A stretch of 64,000 nt of DNA, taken from assembly GCF_009914755.1 (NCBI RefSeq), contig NC_060942.1. One strand, given 5' to 3'. Each line of letters starts with the position of its first letter. Position 1 is the stretch's first letter. Positions 28,241-43,409 of the stretch are shown here, piece after piece. The translations under genes and the position numbers were made by a program. The notes below the pieces were generated by a model, which saw only the letters and a list, made by a program, of their open reading frames with translations, ran no database searches and was not told the origin of the DNA. This stretch comes from the human T2T-CHM13v2.0 reference genome, Homo sapiens.

Positions 28241-28451
28241 ACCTGCAAATACTCAGAGGTCTCTGAAAGCCCTCAAGAGAGTGCTGTGGCCCCTGGGCAC
28301 CCGTTCTCCAACACAAAAATGCGTCAGCCCCTCTCTTCCAGGCTGTTTCCCACAAATAACAAATCCAAGAATAACATTCCCTCCAAATCACAGCCTCAGC
28401 ATCTGTGTTGGAGACCAGACTCAAGCAACGTGTGGGGGCTCAGGGTGTTCT

Positions 28452-28592
28452 CCGTGAGGAGCGGGCACCGGGGGGCGGATCCCCAGTGAGGAGCGGGCCC
28501 GGGGGGGGGGTCCCCAGTGAGGAGCGGGCACCGGGGAGGGTCCCCAGTGAGGAGCGGCACCGGGGGGTCCCCAGTGAGGAGCGGGCCTGGGG
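28452..28592. repeat. Short tandem repeat, ~30-bp unit, ~5 copies
   Basis: ccccagtgaggagcgggcaccggggg repeated. Confidence 0.85.
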
Positions 28593-29263
28593 GTCGAAAG
28601 TGTGAGGGACTAGAGTTTTCTGCCCCCGCCACAGCGAGCAGATCTGTTTTTATTACAATGCAGTTTCCATCCAGGACCTTGACTGAGCCCGTGGGCATCA
28701 TGCTGCTCGCGTTGTGCCCTACCTCTGGCGGTCACGGGGACGTCCAGGCACGCACTGGTGCAGGGCGCCCAGGCATGGTCTGTGGTTCCGAACGTCAGCC
28801 TGCCCAGCCTTCTACCACATACCTCAGAGGCCGGAGGCCGTGCTGGGGCCAGTGGGGAAAGACCGAGGACAGTGTCCAAGGCAGCCCCCAGACCACCTTC
28901 CCTGCCCCACCAGACCCGCCCTGACCCTGGGCCAGGCTGGTTGCCCTGCACTCCTCCTGCCCCGTCTGGCCAGGCACTCGGACATCCCTCCCACTGGAAG
29001 GTTCCGTCTCAACGGCCCTGAAGGAGCAGCTCCCAACCCCGTGCTGGGTCTCGGCTGCCCCTCATGCGGCCCACACAAGCTCATCTGCTCCAGCGCGAGG
29101 TCGAGGGGCCAAGGCCTATAAACCTGCTATTCTTTAACCGGCAGCTTCACAGGTCAACGTGGGAAATACACAGCCAGACACACAGGCGTTTGATTTTTAC
29201 CAAATCTGCAGCCATGTGGTGCCTCTGGAGCAGTGGTGCTTCCGTGGCGGCATCCCCGGCCTA

Positions 29264-29515
<252 letters not shown>

Positions 29516-29533
29516 TTAGGGTCCAGGTGAGGA

Positions 29534-31310
29534 GTCAAGGTCAGTGGGGAGAGACGGAACCGAGTGAGAGGTCAAGGTCAGTGAGGAGAGACAGGAACCA
29601 AGGGAGAGGTCAAGCTCAGTGGGGAGAGATGGAACCGAGTGAGAGGTCAAGGTCAGTGGGGAGAGACGGAACCGAGTGAGAGGTCAAGGTCAGTGAGGAG
29701 AGACAGGAACCGAGGGAGAGGTCAAGCTCAGTGGGGAGAGACGGAACCGAGTGAGAGGTCAAGGTCAGTGGGGAGAGACAGGAACCGAGGGAGAGGTCAA
29801 GGTCAGTGGGGAGAGATGGAACCAAGTGAGAGGTCAAGGTCAGTGAGGAGAGACAGGAACCGAGGGAGAGGTCAAGGTCAGTGGGGAGAGATGGAACCGA
29901 GTGAGAGGTCAAGCTCAGTGGGGAGAGACGGAACCGAGTGAGAGGTCAAGGTCAGTGGGGAGAGACAGGAACCGAGGGAGAGGTCAAGCTCAGTGGGGAG
30001 AGACGGAACCAAGTGAGAGGTCAAGCTCAGTGGGGAGAGATGGAACCGAGTGAGAGGTCAAGGTCAGTGAGGAGAGACAGGAACCGAGGGAGAGGTCAAG
30101 CTCAGTGGGGAGAGATGGAACCAAGTGAGAGGTCAAGGTCAGTGGGGAGAGACGGAACCGAGTGAGAGGTCAGGGTCAGAGGAGGAGAGACGGGAACCGA
30201 GGGAGAGGTCAAGGTCAGTGAGGAGAGACAGGAACCGAGGGAGAGGTCAAGGTCAGTGAGGAGAGACAGGAACCGAGGGAGAGGTCAAGGTCAGTGAGGA
30301 GAGACGGAACCGAGTGAGAGGTCAAGGTCAGTGGGGAGAGATGGAACCAAGTGAGAGGTCAAGGTCAGTGAGGAGAGACAGGAACCGAGGGAGAGGTCAA
30401 GCTCAGTGGGGAGAGACGGAACCAAGTGAGAGGTCAAGCTCAGTGGGGAGAGATGGAACCGAGTGAGAGGTCAAGGTCAGTGAGGAGAGACAGGAACCGA
30501 GGGAGAGGTCAAGCTCAGTGGGGAGAGATGGAACCAAGTGAGAGGTCAAGGTCAGTGAGGAGAGACAGGAACCGAGGGAGAGGTCAAGGTCAGTGGGGAG
30601 AGATGGAACCAAGTGAGAGGTCAAGGTCAGTGGGGAGAGACAGGAACCGAGGGAGAGGTCAAGCTCAGTGGGGAGAGATGGAACCAAGTGAGAGGTCAAG
30701 GTCAGTGAGGAGAGACAGGAACCGAGGGAGAGGTCAAGGTCAGTGAGGAGAGACGGAACCGAGTGAGAGGTCAAGGTCAGTGAGGAGAGACAGGAACCGA
30801 GGGAGAGGTCAAGGTCAGTGGGGAGAGATGGAACCAAGTGAGAGGTCAAGGTCAGTGGGGAGAGATGGAACCAAGTGAGAGGTCAAGGTCAGTGGGGAGA
30901 GACGGAACCGAGTGAGAGGTCAAGGTCAGTGAGGAGAGACAGGAACCGAGGGAGAGGTCAGGGTCAGTGAGGAGAGACAGGAACCGAGGGAGAGGTCAGG
31001 GTCAGTGAGGAGAGACAGGAACCGAGTGAGAGGTCAAGGTCAGTGGGGAGAGACAGGAACCGAGGGAGAGGTCAAGGTCAGAGGAGGAGAGACAGGAACC
31101 GAGTGAGAGGTCAGGGTCAGTGAGGAGAGACAGGAACCGAGGGAGAGGTCAAGGTCAGTGGGGAGAGACAGGAACCGAGGGAGAGGTCAAGGTCAGTGAG
31201 GAGAGACAGGAACCGAGGGAGAGGTCAAGGTCAGTGGGGAGAGACAGGAACCGAGGGAGAGGTCAAGGTCAGTGGGGAGAGATGGACCAAGTGAGAAGTC
31301 AAGGTCACGG
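29534..31310. repeat. VNTR, 37-38-bp unit, ~47 copies, with degenerate copies to ~31510
   Basis: Unit gaggtcaaggtcagtg[g/a]ggagaga[cg/tg/cag]gaacc[g/a]ag[t/g]ga. Confidence 0.97.
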
Positions 31311-31598
31311 AGGAGAGTTGGGAACTAAGAGGTCAGGGTCAGTGACAAGAGATGGGAACCGAGCAAGAGCATGAGGGGCAGCCGAGGGTCAGAGGAGGAG
31401 AGACGGGAACCCAGGGAGAGGGCAGGGTCAGAGGAGGAGAGACGGGAACTTGGGAGCAGAGTAAGAGGTCAGGGTCGGTGAGGAGAGATGGGAACTGAGC
31501 GAGAGGTCAAATCAGGGAGGAGCCATGTGTTCTTGATCATGCCCCCCTGAAGGAGCCTTGGTACAAATAATAACTCAACATAAAAGACGCTGACATCA

Positions 31599-31735
31599 GG
31601 CCAGGTGCAGTGGGCACCTACAGTCCCAGCTCTTCAGGGGCCAAGGAGGGAGGATCGCTTGAGCCCAGGAGTTGAGGCCAGCTTAGGCAACACAGAGACA
31701 CTTGTCTCTTTGAAAAGAAAAAAAAAAAAAAAAAA
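31599..31735 (+). mobile_element. Alu monomer (FLAM-like) with A tail
   Basis: ggccaggtgcagtgg...aggatcgcttgagcccaggagttg...gtctct followed by an A run. Confidence 0.8.
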
Positions 31736-32619
31736 GCTAAAATCCTTCAAATTAATCTTAATCTCTGAGAAGCCGTAGAGTGCAGGGAGTGCCCTGCACT
31801 GGATCTGACGCCTGGGTTAGGGGCGCAGCCCCCCTCGGGTTAACCACGGTCTCCTGTTCCTCAGATGTTACCAGGAAGAGACAGAGACCACTCCTAGGAC
31901 ATTCTGGGGATTCAACGAGTTGATCTTGAGTTCTACAACACGCCTCGGCCACGGTGCCGCTCAGTAAATCCGTACCACATCCCTCCTGCACGATGTCATT
32001 TGCTAGATGCTGTATTCTGTAGAAACCACACTCATAAGCACTCTCAGAAATTAGCAAATTAAAGGAGGCAGGTGGACATGTGCAGTCCAGGGGACATAGC
32101 GGCAGGGAAAAGGTGAACGGAGACAAACCTGCCAAGAAGCCTGCAAGGCCCGCACCTGACCTCTCCTTACAGCAGCAGGGCCAGGGCATGGGCTGCAGGG
32201 GTGGGGTGATGGGAGGCGGTGAGGTCGAGGGGGTTGGGGGTGCTGAGGGGTGAGGATAGAGGGATTGGGGGGGTTGGGGTATGGTGAGGTTAGGGGGGCT
32301 TGGGGGCATCAGAGGGCAGAGAGGCCAGGGGTGTCGGGGGCCGGCTGCCTGTGGGGCTGGCAGTGCAGTGAGGGCAGGGGTGGCCAGGCTGTGCACCTTC
32401 TCCCCATCCCCTTGGACCCTAGATCTGTGCCTCTCTTCCTGCTCCACCCTCTCTCACTCTGAGTGAGACGCTGCTCGGCATCCGAGCTGGAAAGGGGCTG
32501 CACAGGAAGCAAGGCCAGAGGAAGGATGGGCATGGTACGCGGCACCTCCCAGAACACAGCGGGGCTTGGGCTCATGTGTATTTCATGAAGAAGCCCGGCT
32601 GCAGTGAGGGGGGCTGAGC

Positions 32620-32830
32620 AGGATGGGCTATGGACAGGGGGGCTGTGGACGGTGAGGGGGTGGATGGGGGGGGGGCCGTGGACGGGTGGGTGGAGGACGG
32701 GGGGCCATGGACAGGCGGGTGGTGGACAGGTGGGTGGTGGATGGGTGGATGGTGGACGGGCAGGCAGGGGGGCTGTGGACAGGTGGGTCATGCATGGGCA
32801 GGTGGTGGATGGGCAGGCTGTGCACGGTGG
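32620..32830. repeat. G-rich low-complexity tract (ggtggacagg/ggtggatgg)
   Basis: Recurrent tggac/tggat plus G runs. Confidence 0.6.
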
Positions 32831-32974
32831 GCTGCGGACACAGGACGCCAGGTGAGGGTTTAAGAGACTTGGGAAAGCCAGGTCTAAGGTCCATCTCTGG
32901 GAGACCTATTTTAGTTTCCCCAGGAAGGAGTCAATTGGCAAATGACTAACAGAAAATCCTCACTAAACAGTTTC

Positions 32975-34060
<1,086 letters not shown>

Positions 34061-35246
34061 ATTATCTCTCTAATTTGAATGCATAACGAAATAGAAAATT
34101 TTAATGTATGTGACTTGTCTTATACCAAAAGATGCAGACATATCTACTTGTTTTATTAAAAAGTATCTACTTATTACTTATTAGTAAATACTTATCCAGC
34201 ATTTTCTGATGCTGAAGTTGAAAATAGTTCCTTCAACTCCAAGTCTGGGAATTAAGGTGCTGTCATTTGTATCCAGAACAATTTGAAATAAATTTAGCAG
34301 CCATCTACCATTAGCTGTCAGCTCACATGTGCTGGGGAATTGGAGCAGGTGGCGGGGAGGAGCTGGGTAAGGAAAACGCTGGCTGAGGCTGACCTGGGGT
34401 GGCTCAGACAGCGGGAAATGAGATCTCTAAGTTCAGTCAGGAGAAGTCGGCGGACACGGGGGACACCTGGTGGGCATGGTGACTCCTGATCTGTCCGGTG
34501 GAAAAGAACATTTTCTGCACTTCTGAGACATTCCTGTGTCAGGAGATTTTCATTAATAGTTTTTTAAATCAGCAAATAAGAGAGAGGCGCCTGGCAGTCC
34601 TCCCAGAAGAGCTGGCCCTATTCCGAGGGACCTGGGAGGGGAGGGCACCCCCCTTTCCAAAGCAGCCAGGCCCCCGCACTGCTGAGCCCGACAGAAATCC
34701 AAGAGGGCAGGTGGCTGTGGGAGAGGAGGGGCTCTGAGAACAAGAACAAAAGGGCAAGAACGCAATTAGGATGCACACCCGTGGTCACGCAAGGTGCCAA
34801 CAGAACAGCTGACAGCCGGCAGTGCAGACTCACACGCCGTGACTTCCCGAGATGTGTTTCTAGAGAGCGGCACCAAAGATAAGGCTTGAAAACGAGGCAT
34901 TCAATGCTAAACGAATGTTTCCAGGCTTGGGGGGCTCACCAGAGGCCCACCCTGGCATGCACTGAGCAGAGAACAGCTGATCCTCAGAAGCTTCCGTCGC
35001 ACGGGCGTGGCTGCCCTCAACTCACAGACAGATCTCTTCCAGCACCCCCCATGGGGAGCCCTGTGGGAACAGACCAGCTCCAGTCCAACTGCTCCTGGAT
35101 TAAAAAGCAATTTTACCACTTGGGGAATGTGCACCAGGAGACTGTCTCCTAATGGGTAAGGAAGATCCGATTTCTCATCAGGTCGTGTTTTCATGTCTAC
35201 AGGAGCACATGAGAGAGCCTGGTGTAAGAGGATCTGATGGCCAACG

Positions 35247-35794
35247 TGTCCAAGGCATTGGAGCAAGAGCAACTCCATTGTGAATAGAGGCTGGCTAAGA
35301 TGAGGCTGAGGCCCTCTGAGCTGCGTTCCCAGACGGTCAGGCATTCTTAATCACAGGATGAGACAGGAGGTCGGCACAAGATACAGGTCATAAAGACCTT
35401 GCTGATAAAACAGCTTGCAGTAAAGAAGCCGGACAAAACCCACCAAAACCAAGACGGCCACAAGAGTGACCTCTGGTCGTCCTCACTGCTACACTCCCAC
35501 CAGCACCGTGACAGTTTACAGATGCTGTGGCAACATCAGGAAGTTACCCTATATGGTCTAAAAAGGGGAGGCATGAATAATCCACCCCTTGTTTAGCATA
35601 TCATCAAGAAATAACCATAAAAATGGGCAACCAGCAGCCCTTGGGGCTGCTCTGCCTATGAAGTAGCCATTCTCTTATTCCTTTACTTCCCTAATAAACT
35701 TGCTTTCACTTTATGGATTCACCTCAAATTCTTTCTTGTGCGAGACCCAAGAGTCCTTTCCTGGGGTCTGGGTGGGGAGCCCTTTCCAGTAATA
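35247..35794 (+). mobile_element. Solo LTR, MER41 family (MER41A-like)
   Basis: Matches the recalled MER41 consensus (agagcaactccat...cacaggatgagacaggaggtcggcacaagatacaggtcataaagaccttgctgataaaacag...gagtgacctctggtcgtcctcactgct...aataaacttgctttcacttt). 4-bp TSD aacg/aaca. Confidence 0.85.
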
Positions 35795-36699
35795 AACATG
35801 AGAGGGACAGAGAATGCCAGAGAGCTTCCTGTTGGGACTGGGATGGCTGGAGGGCATCACAGCACTGGTTTCGAACACTGAACGGAGAACTGCCATGCAA
35901 CAAGAACCTGGGCACATCAGACCCCTGCAGGCACCCTCGGGACCCACAGATCGCACACTCGATGGGCGCTCGCAGGACGTGAATGGCATCTCGGTAACGC
36001 CAAGCTCCACCCCAGAGCCACAGGGTGCCTTTCACCAGGCTACGGAGCCTCCTGGGCCACACTGCTCAGGGACATTCTGCAGGGGAGGAAATTGCTCTTT
36101 TTTTTTTTTCATGATTCTTGTATGAATTCTAATTAAGAAACATTACATTCAGAATTATAGCACTCACAGTGATAGTTTTCAGAAGACTGTAACAGCTTCT
36201 TTGCTACTTAAGGGGTACAGACGGTGCAGCTGCTTACCTGAATGACTTCTTAAATGAGTGACTACCACCACTCTAATTTTCCTAGTTGTAGCTCTGTTAC
36301 AGGTTACTGACCACAAGTGTTGGCAAAGAAACTGTTCTTTTAAGCACTTTGGCGCTCCCTGGAGTGACGGCCATTCCCAGCAGCTAAACTGTATCATACT
36401 CCCACTTTAACTCTGTGACTGTTTCAGTATTTTTAAAAATACAAATCGACTCTCCAGGAAAAAACAAAAAAACGAAAAAACTTCTCACTTCCTTCAAATC
36501 CCTGGTCCAGGCTCACCTGACCTCCTGCAAGCTGCCCTTCAGGGCAGGTCCCAGCCCTACCTGCTGCGTCTGCTTCTCCACCCCACTCCAGCTGAGCAGG
36601 CAGAGCCTGTCCTTGGAAACGGCCCGGCCACCTGGGAGGGAACAAACAGGCACTGCCCAGACCCGGAGCTGCAGGCAGGGCTCAGCAGGACCCCAGGCG

Positions 36700-36815
36700 G
36701 GCACACAGGGGCTCATCTGGAGGGACCTGAGGGGCACAGGCTACAGTCGGGAGAGCCCCGGGCAGGCACACAGGGGCTCATCTGGAGGGACCTGAGGGGC
36801 ACAGGCTACAGTCAG
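36700..36815. repeat. Tandem duplication of a ~50-bp block
   Basis: ggcacacaggggctcatctggagggacctgaggggcacaggctacagtc occurs twice. Confidence 0.85.
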
Positions 36816-38899
36816 GAGAGCACAGACAAGAGGCCCCCGAGGCCACCAGGGCCGACTTTTACTTTATCCTAAGGATCAGGGACGCAAAAGGATTTTAACA
36901 AAGACGGCCACACCACCTGCTGCAGAATGAGTATAAATGCCCTTCTTAGCCTTCGAGGCCGGCACTGGCCTCGCTGACCCCTCTAATCCTGCCACCTGTG
37001 CAGCAGGCGGCAACAGGGACAGGCAGACGACACAGCTGGGGCCAGAGGACGACGCAGAGAGACCCACATCAGAGACCCTCGGGGAGTGACAGAGCCCCCG
37101 CCCCAACCCCAGTGAGTGGGACAGGCTGAGTGGGGACTGAGCACGTCTAGGGCCAGAGTGGGAGGGCCAGCCGTGCCGGCTTCCAAAGAGGACCCCGGGA
37201 AACAAACACCCTCCCACTCGGCAAGGACAAATCAAGCAACTGCCGAGACAGGCGTCCGCGTCCCAACCCAAGGCTGCCCAGACAGACAAGCGCTCACCGC
37301 CGCACTGCCCTAACAGCTGCTGAGACACATTCCTGCAGCCGCCTCAGCTAGAGCCAGGGAGGCCCTGGGAGAATGGCCTTGCCTGCTCTCAGCCTCCTCT
37401 CATCTTCAGGAGCCTTTTCCCCCCTTTACCCTAACTGACATCTCCGGGCCCCTCATTTGCTCAGAGTCTGCTCAGTGGGGCACCCAACGGTGGACAGGTG
37501 AGAGAGGTGAGGGGCTGGGCTGTCACCGCGGCCAAGGGAGCCATGGCCCTCCAGCCTGAACGGCTTCTGCCCGAAATCAGGACACAAACACAGCATCATA
37601 CACAGCAGAAACAGCCCAGAAAGGCCCCAGCCCAGATGGCACTGGAATAAACAGTTTTCCCCAAGTCACTTTAAAATGAAAGTTTTGGGCTACCTACTTC
37701 TAAAGAGGACTTCAGGACAGTTCCAGGAGTTCCTCCATGACACACCCCATGGAGAATGCTTGGCTGCTGCGTTTACTCAATGTAGCCATTGAACAGAAAC
37801 TCAAGAGCGTTGCTCTGCCAGCCTGAAACCTTCTTCATGCTTCCAGCCATCAGGGTTTCAGCCAGGTCAGAAACAACAGAGGCAGTAGGCTCTTCCAGAA
37901 CAGCAGTGTGAGGCTCTCCACAGACCCTCTCCAGCAACATCACTGCCAGTGGTGAACATTACAAACAGCACCCACTTAAAGTCCCTAACGTGTCTTAGGG
38001 ACACACGGCGAATGGAGAAACGCTTATCCAAGAAAACCACCTAAGTGGCAGCAGGAACAGCAACTTCGTGACACTTGGGCCACAACCTGCTTCCCCATCC
38101 CCATGTGACAAAAGCTCTACTCCCAGCAGGCAACCGAGAAGACAGGCTCCCTCTCCCCCAGTGCCACTGCAGCAGTGGCGGGCACCCGAGCTCTTCATCG
38201 CCTGCTCAGCTCCTGTCTGCCCAGGCTCCCTTCCTCCACTCAGCCCCCACCCATGGCGCAGGGGCAGAGGACACTGAGCATCCCTTGTCCCTGCCTCAGC
38301 TTGCTCACTGGGAGAGGTTCCACACAAGCAGGGGCAAACTAAGAAGACCAGAGGCAACAACTCACTTCCCATGCAGCACTCAGAGCAGAGCTGTCACCCT
38401 CAGAGGACCAGAGGTTCTGTCCTGGGGATGGCGGTATCAGGATAGAGAGCTCCGTAGCTCTCCCTAGAGGGACTCCCTGCTTAGAGCAGGTACAAGTTCA
38501 AGTGTAAGGATGCTAACAAAAACAACAGAGACCTCGGCAGCCAGCAACTAAGAGGAGCTAGAAGCTCCATGATGAGCTCAAAGTTTATCAAACAGAACCA
38601 GAAAGGACAACCAAGAGGAGCACTCCTGGGAACAGAACCACCACCAAACACTGGCCCCAATGGCCACCCTGCCCAGCTGTGGGGAATACATCCCCCAGGG
38701 CATCATCAAATCAGCCAGCAGCCATCAATGAGTGGAGGCCAACAGCTGGTTTGACCACCAGAAGCTTAACGGGAAGATCAGGGAGGGTCACAGCCAGCCA
38801 GAACCACCACATCTGAGGGAGAAGAGGTCCAGAGACTGCACTAGTCCAGCCAAATCACAAAACAAACAAGCAAACAGTAAGTCATCCTTCCCCCAAGTG

Positions 38900-41800
38900 G
38901 GGGAATCTGTATCCACAGCTGCTACTATAGTTTACCTAAAATGTCCAGCTTGCAACAAGAAAACAAAATGAGTTATACAAAGAAACAGAAAAGTGTGGTT
39001 CACACAGGAAAAAAATAATAAGCAGGACACAAACTGCTTTTGAAGAGGCACAGGTGTTGGACTCAGTAGAAGAAGACTTTAAAATAGCTATTATAAATAT
39101 GTTCAAATAACTAAAGGGATCCATGCATAAAGAATTAAAAGAAAATATGATGACAACAACTGATCACATAGAGGTTATCAATAAAGAGACAGAAATTCTA
39201 AAAAAAAAGAACCAAGTGGAAATTCTGGCATTGCAAAGCACAACTAAAATTTTAAAACTCACTATAAGGGCTCAACAACAGACTGAGCTGGCAGAAGAAT
39301 CAGTGAATTCAAAGAAATATCAATAAAGACTATGCAACCTAAAGAACAAACAGAAAACAGAATTAAGAAAAAAGAACACAGTCTCAGAGAAAGGTGGGAT
39401 GACAGGAAAGGGCACCGGCACATGCAGAATGGGTGAGATTGTGGAGAGGAGAGAGGGGAGCAGAAAAAAAAATTCAAGGAGATAATGACTTTTGAAAACT
39501 TCCCAAATATGATGAAAATATTAATCCACATACCCAAGAAGCTCAACAAATTGCAAACCTGATAAAGAGATCCACACCCTGACACATCACAGTCTAAATG
39601 ATGAATGTCAAAAAACAAAGACAAAATCTTGAAAGTAGCAAGAGAAAAATAATTTATCACTTACAAGGAAACCCCAATAAGATTAACAGCTGACTTCTCA
39701 TCAGAAACAATGGAGTCCAGAGGGCAGTGGAATAACATATTCAAAGCACTGAAAAGAAAAAAAAATCATCAACCAAGATTCTTACATCTAGTAAAACTTT
39801 TTTTAAAAAATAAGGGGAAAACAAAGATTCCCAGATAAACAAGAACTGAGAAAATCTGTTGCTAGTAGGCAGACCTTACAGAAAACAAATTTTTCATGCT
39901 GAAAACAAGAAACATCAGACGCAATTCAAATCCACATAAAAAAAGAGTACAGGTAAAGACAATGATGTAAGTTATTATAAAAGATGATATCGGTCACATG
40001 TCTTCTCCTTTCCTCTCTTAGTTGACTTAAAAAGTAACTGCATGAAACAATATGCATTGTATTGTTTGGGGGCCTTTAACATAAAGAAATGTAATATATT
40101 TGACAATAATATTAATAGCACAAATGAGATGGGATCAAAACTGTATTAGAGAAAGAAAATGACTGTAGATGGTAACTCAGTCTCAGAAAGAAATGAAAGG
40201 AACCACAAATGGTAAATAAGGTTAATATAATAACTCCATAATATATGTTTGTTCTCCTTTCTTTTCTCAAGTTCTTGAATGACATAAAATGTATATAAAG
40301 GAACAATCAGAAAAATATATTGTTAGGTTGTAATATATGTAGACAAAATATGTATAATAATCATACCATTTAAAAAGGGAGGAGGAAATCGAACCATGTA
40401 GGAGTAAGGTTCCTGTCACTGGAATTAAGTTAGTATAAATTTGAAGTAGATTCTGATAAGTTAAGATGAATATTGTAAGCCTTCAAGTAACTACTAAGAA
40501 AATAATTCAGAAAACATTATTTAAAGAAATTAAAATGTTACATTAGAAAATATTTACTTAATACAAAAGAAAGCTGTAAAGGAGCAACAGCTAAGGGGAA
40601 AAGGCATGGGATATACAGAAACCAGAAAGTAAAGTAGCAGATGTAAATCTGAACATATTATAACATTAAGTGTGAATGAAATAAACAATCAAATCAAAGG
40701 GCAGAATTGCCAGAATGGATTTTTTTTAAAGATCCATCGTATGTATACAGAAGACTCATTTTAAATTCAAAGACATAAAAAAGTTAAAAGTAAAACAATG
40801 GAAAGAATATATCAAATGGCAACCACAGGAGACATGCATGTGATGACACTAACGTCAGAAGACACAGATGTCAAAAGAGAAAATATGCATATACGTCCCT
40901 AACAAACAACAGTGCCCCAAAATACATCAAACAAAAACTGACAGAAGTGAAAAGAGAAAAAGATAATTCAAAAATAGTTACAGACTTCCACACCCACATT
41001 TAGTAATGGACGTAACAACTACACAGAAGAACAATAAATCATAGACTTGACCTAACAGACAACCCTCCACCTTCACCCAACCACAGCAAAATGCACATTG
41101 AATATTCTCCAGGACAGATCATATGCTAGGCCATAAGATGTGCCTCTATTTAAAAGTACTGGAATCTGGCTGGGCGTGGTTGCTCATGCCTATAATCCTA
41201 GCTCTTTGGGAGGCTGTGGTGGGTGGGTGCCCTGAGCTCTGGAGTTTGAGACCAGCCTGGTAAACATGGTGAAAACCCTGTCTCTACAAAAAATACAAAA
41301 AAAATTGGCCAGGGACGGTGGCACACACCTATAGTCCCAGCTACTTGGGAGGCTGAGGCACAGGAATTGCTTGAACTCAGGAGGCAGAGGTTGCAGTGAG
41401 CCAAGATCACACCACAGCCAACAGAGCAAGATTCTGTCTCCAAATATTAAAAATAAATAAATAAAAGTACTGGAATAATACAGAGTATATTCTACAATTA
41501 TAATGGAAATAAATTTGAAATCGATAACAGAAGACATTTTGGGATATTCACAAATATGTGGAAGTTAACACATTCCTAATAAGTGGGTCAAAGAAGAAAT
41601 CTTGGAGTAAATTTTAAAATACTTTTAGGTGCATGAAAACAAAAACACAACACACCAAAGTATAGGATGCAGGTAAAGCACCTGCTTAGAGAGAAATTAT
41701 GGCTGTCAATAACTACATTAAAAAGGAAGAAAGAAAAAAAATCAATGTTCTAACCTCCACCTTAAGAAAAAGAGTAAATTAAAACCAAAGCAAGCATAAG

Positions 41801-43125
41801 GAATGAAAGAATATTGGAGTGAAATAAAACACAGAATAGAAAAACAATAAAGAAAATGAACAAAACCAAAAATTGGTTCTCTGATAGGCAATGTGGATGT
41901 GTTGTGTTAAAAAAAGAAAGAAAGAAAGAAAGAAAGAAAAGAAAAAGAAACACCTTTTAAAAAGTTGGTTATTTGACCAGAACAAAAAATTGACAAATTT
42001 TTAGCTAGACTGACCAAAAAAAGAAAGGAAAGGAGGGGATCAAATTACTAAAGTCAGGAATAAAAGAGGAACCATTACTAATGACTTTCCAGAAATACAA
42101 AGGATTATAAGGGAATACTAAGAAAAATTATATGTCAACAAATTAGATAACTTGGGTGAAATGGAAAAATTCCAATACAAACTACCAAAACTGACTTACA
42201 AAGAAACAAAAAATCTGAATAGACTTATAACAAGAGATTGAATTCGTAATTTTAAAACTTCCCACAAAGAAAAGCCCAAGCCCAGATGGCTTCACTGGAT
42301 AACTCTAAAAATATTTAAAGAGAAATTAGTGTCAACCCTTTGCAAACTCTAAAAAGACAGAAAAGGAGGGGAACATTTCCCAACTTATTCTATAAGGCCA
42401 GTATTATCCTAATACTAAATCTAGACAAAGTCATCACAAGAAAACTACAGACCATCATGTCTTACGAATACAGATACAAAAAATCCCCAATACAATACTA
42501 GCAAATAAAATCCAGCAACAGATAAAAAGTGTTAGACACCATGACCACATGGATTTATCCCAAGAATGCAAGGTTGGTTCAACACACAAAAATCAATCAA
42601 TGTAGTACATCATCATAGTAGAATAAAAAATAAAACCCACATGATCATCTCAACAGACACGAAAAGCATTTGGCAAACTCTTTTATTATAAAAACACCCA
42701 ACAAACTCGAATAAAAGGGAACTGCCTTAACCTAATGAAGGGCAACTATGGAAAATCCATTAACTAACATCTACTTAGTGATGAAAGATGGAATGCTTTC
42801 TCACTAAAATGAAGAATAAGATAGGTACATCCACTCTCACCGCCTATAACCAGGATAAGCAATAAAAAGAAATAAAAGCAACTACATTGGTAAGGAAGAA
42901 TTAAAACTATATTTGCAAATGACAGAATCATATATAGAGAATCTACTAAACAACTCTTAGAACAAACCAGTTCAGCAGAATTGCATGATACAAGATCAAC
43001 ATGCAATGATCAATTACATTTCTATAAAGTAGCAATGAAGCAGCAGAACTGAAATTAAGAAAACAATTCCATTTACAATAGCATCAAAAAGGATAAAATA
43101 CTTTGGAATAAATTTAACAAAGTCC
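38900..43125 (+). mobile_element. Old L1 (ORF1/ORF2 remnants), antisense to SLC66A2, interrupted by an Alu
   Basis: A-rich L1 text (agattaacagctgacttctcatcagaaacaatgg; aagaaaagcccaagcccagatggcttcactgg; caagaatgcaaggttggttcaaca). Confidence 0.85.
41168..41466 (+). mobile_element. Alu
   Basis: ggctgggcgtggttgctcatgcctataatcc... to an A-rich tail. TSD-like aaaagtactggaat on both sides. Confidence 0.9.
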
Positions 43126-43409
43126 AAAATTTGTCATCTAAATTTTTCTCCTCCCTTCCTGTCTCCCTCCCGCTTCCCCTTCCCGCCCCCATCTCCCCAC
43201 ACACAGAAGAGCATGGACAGGCTTCTAGTAACTACTTCATGCTTGAAAACAGCAGAGCTAGGAGTTGATTAGTTTGCTGTAGACTCGGCCACGCTTGGTA
43301 AAGATGACGCACGCACATGCACAGATGGAAGCAACAACAGGAGGAAGTACAGCTGCAGGAATGAAGCAAAAGGAACGTGCTGCGGACAGTGCACGCGCAG
43401 GGTACATAC

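Noticed and set aside
35247-35794. Interferon-inducible MER41B enhancer
   Set aside because: The tandem GAS segment is absent at the expected position.
38900-43125. Potentially active L1
   Set aside because: Heavily decayed, with only short ORF fragments and an Alu insertion.
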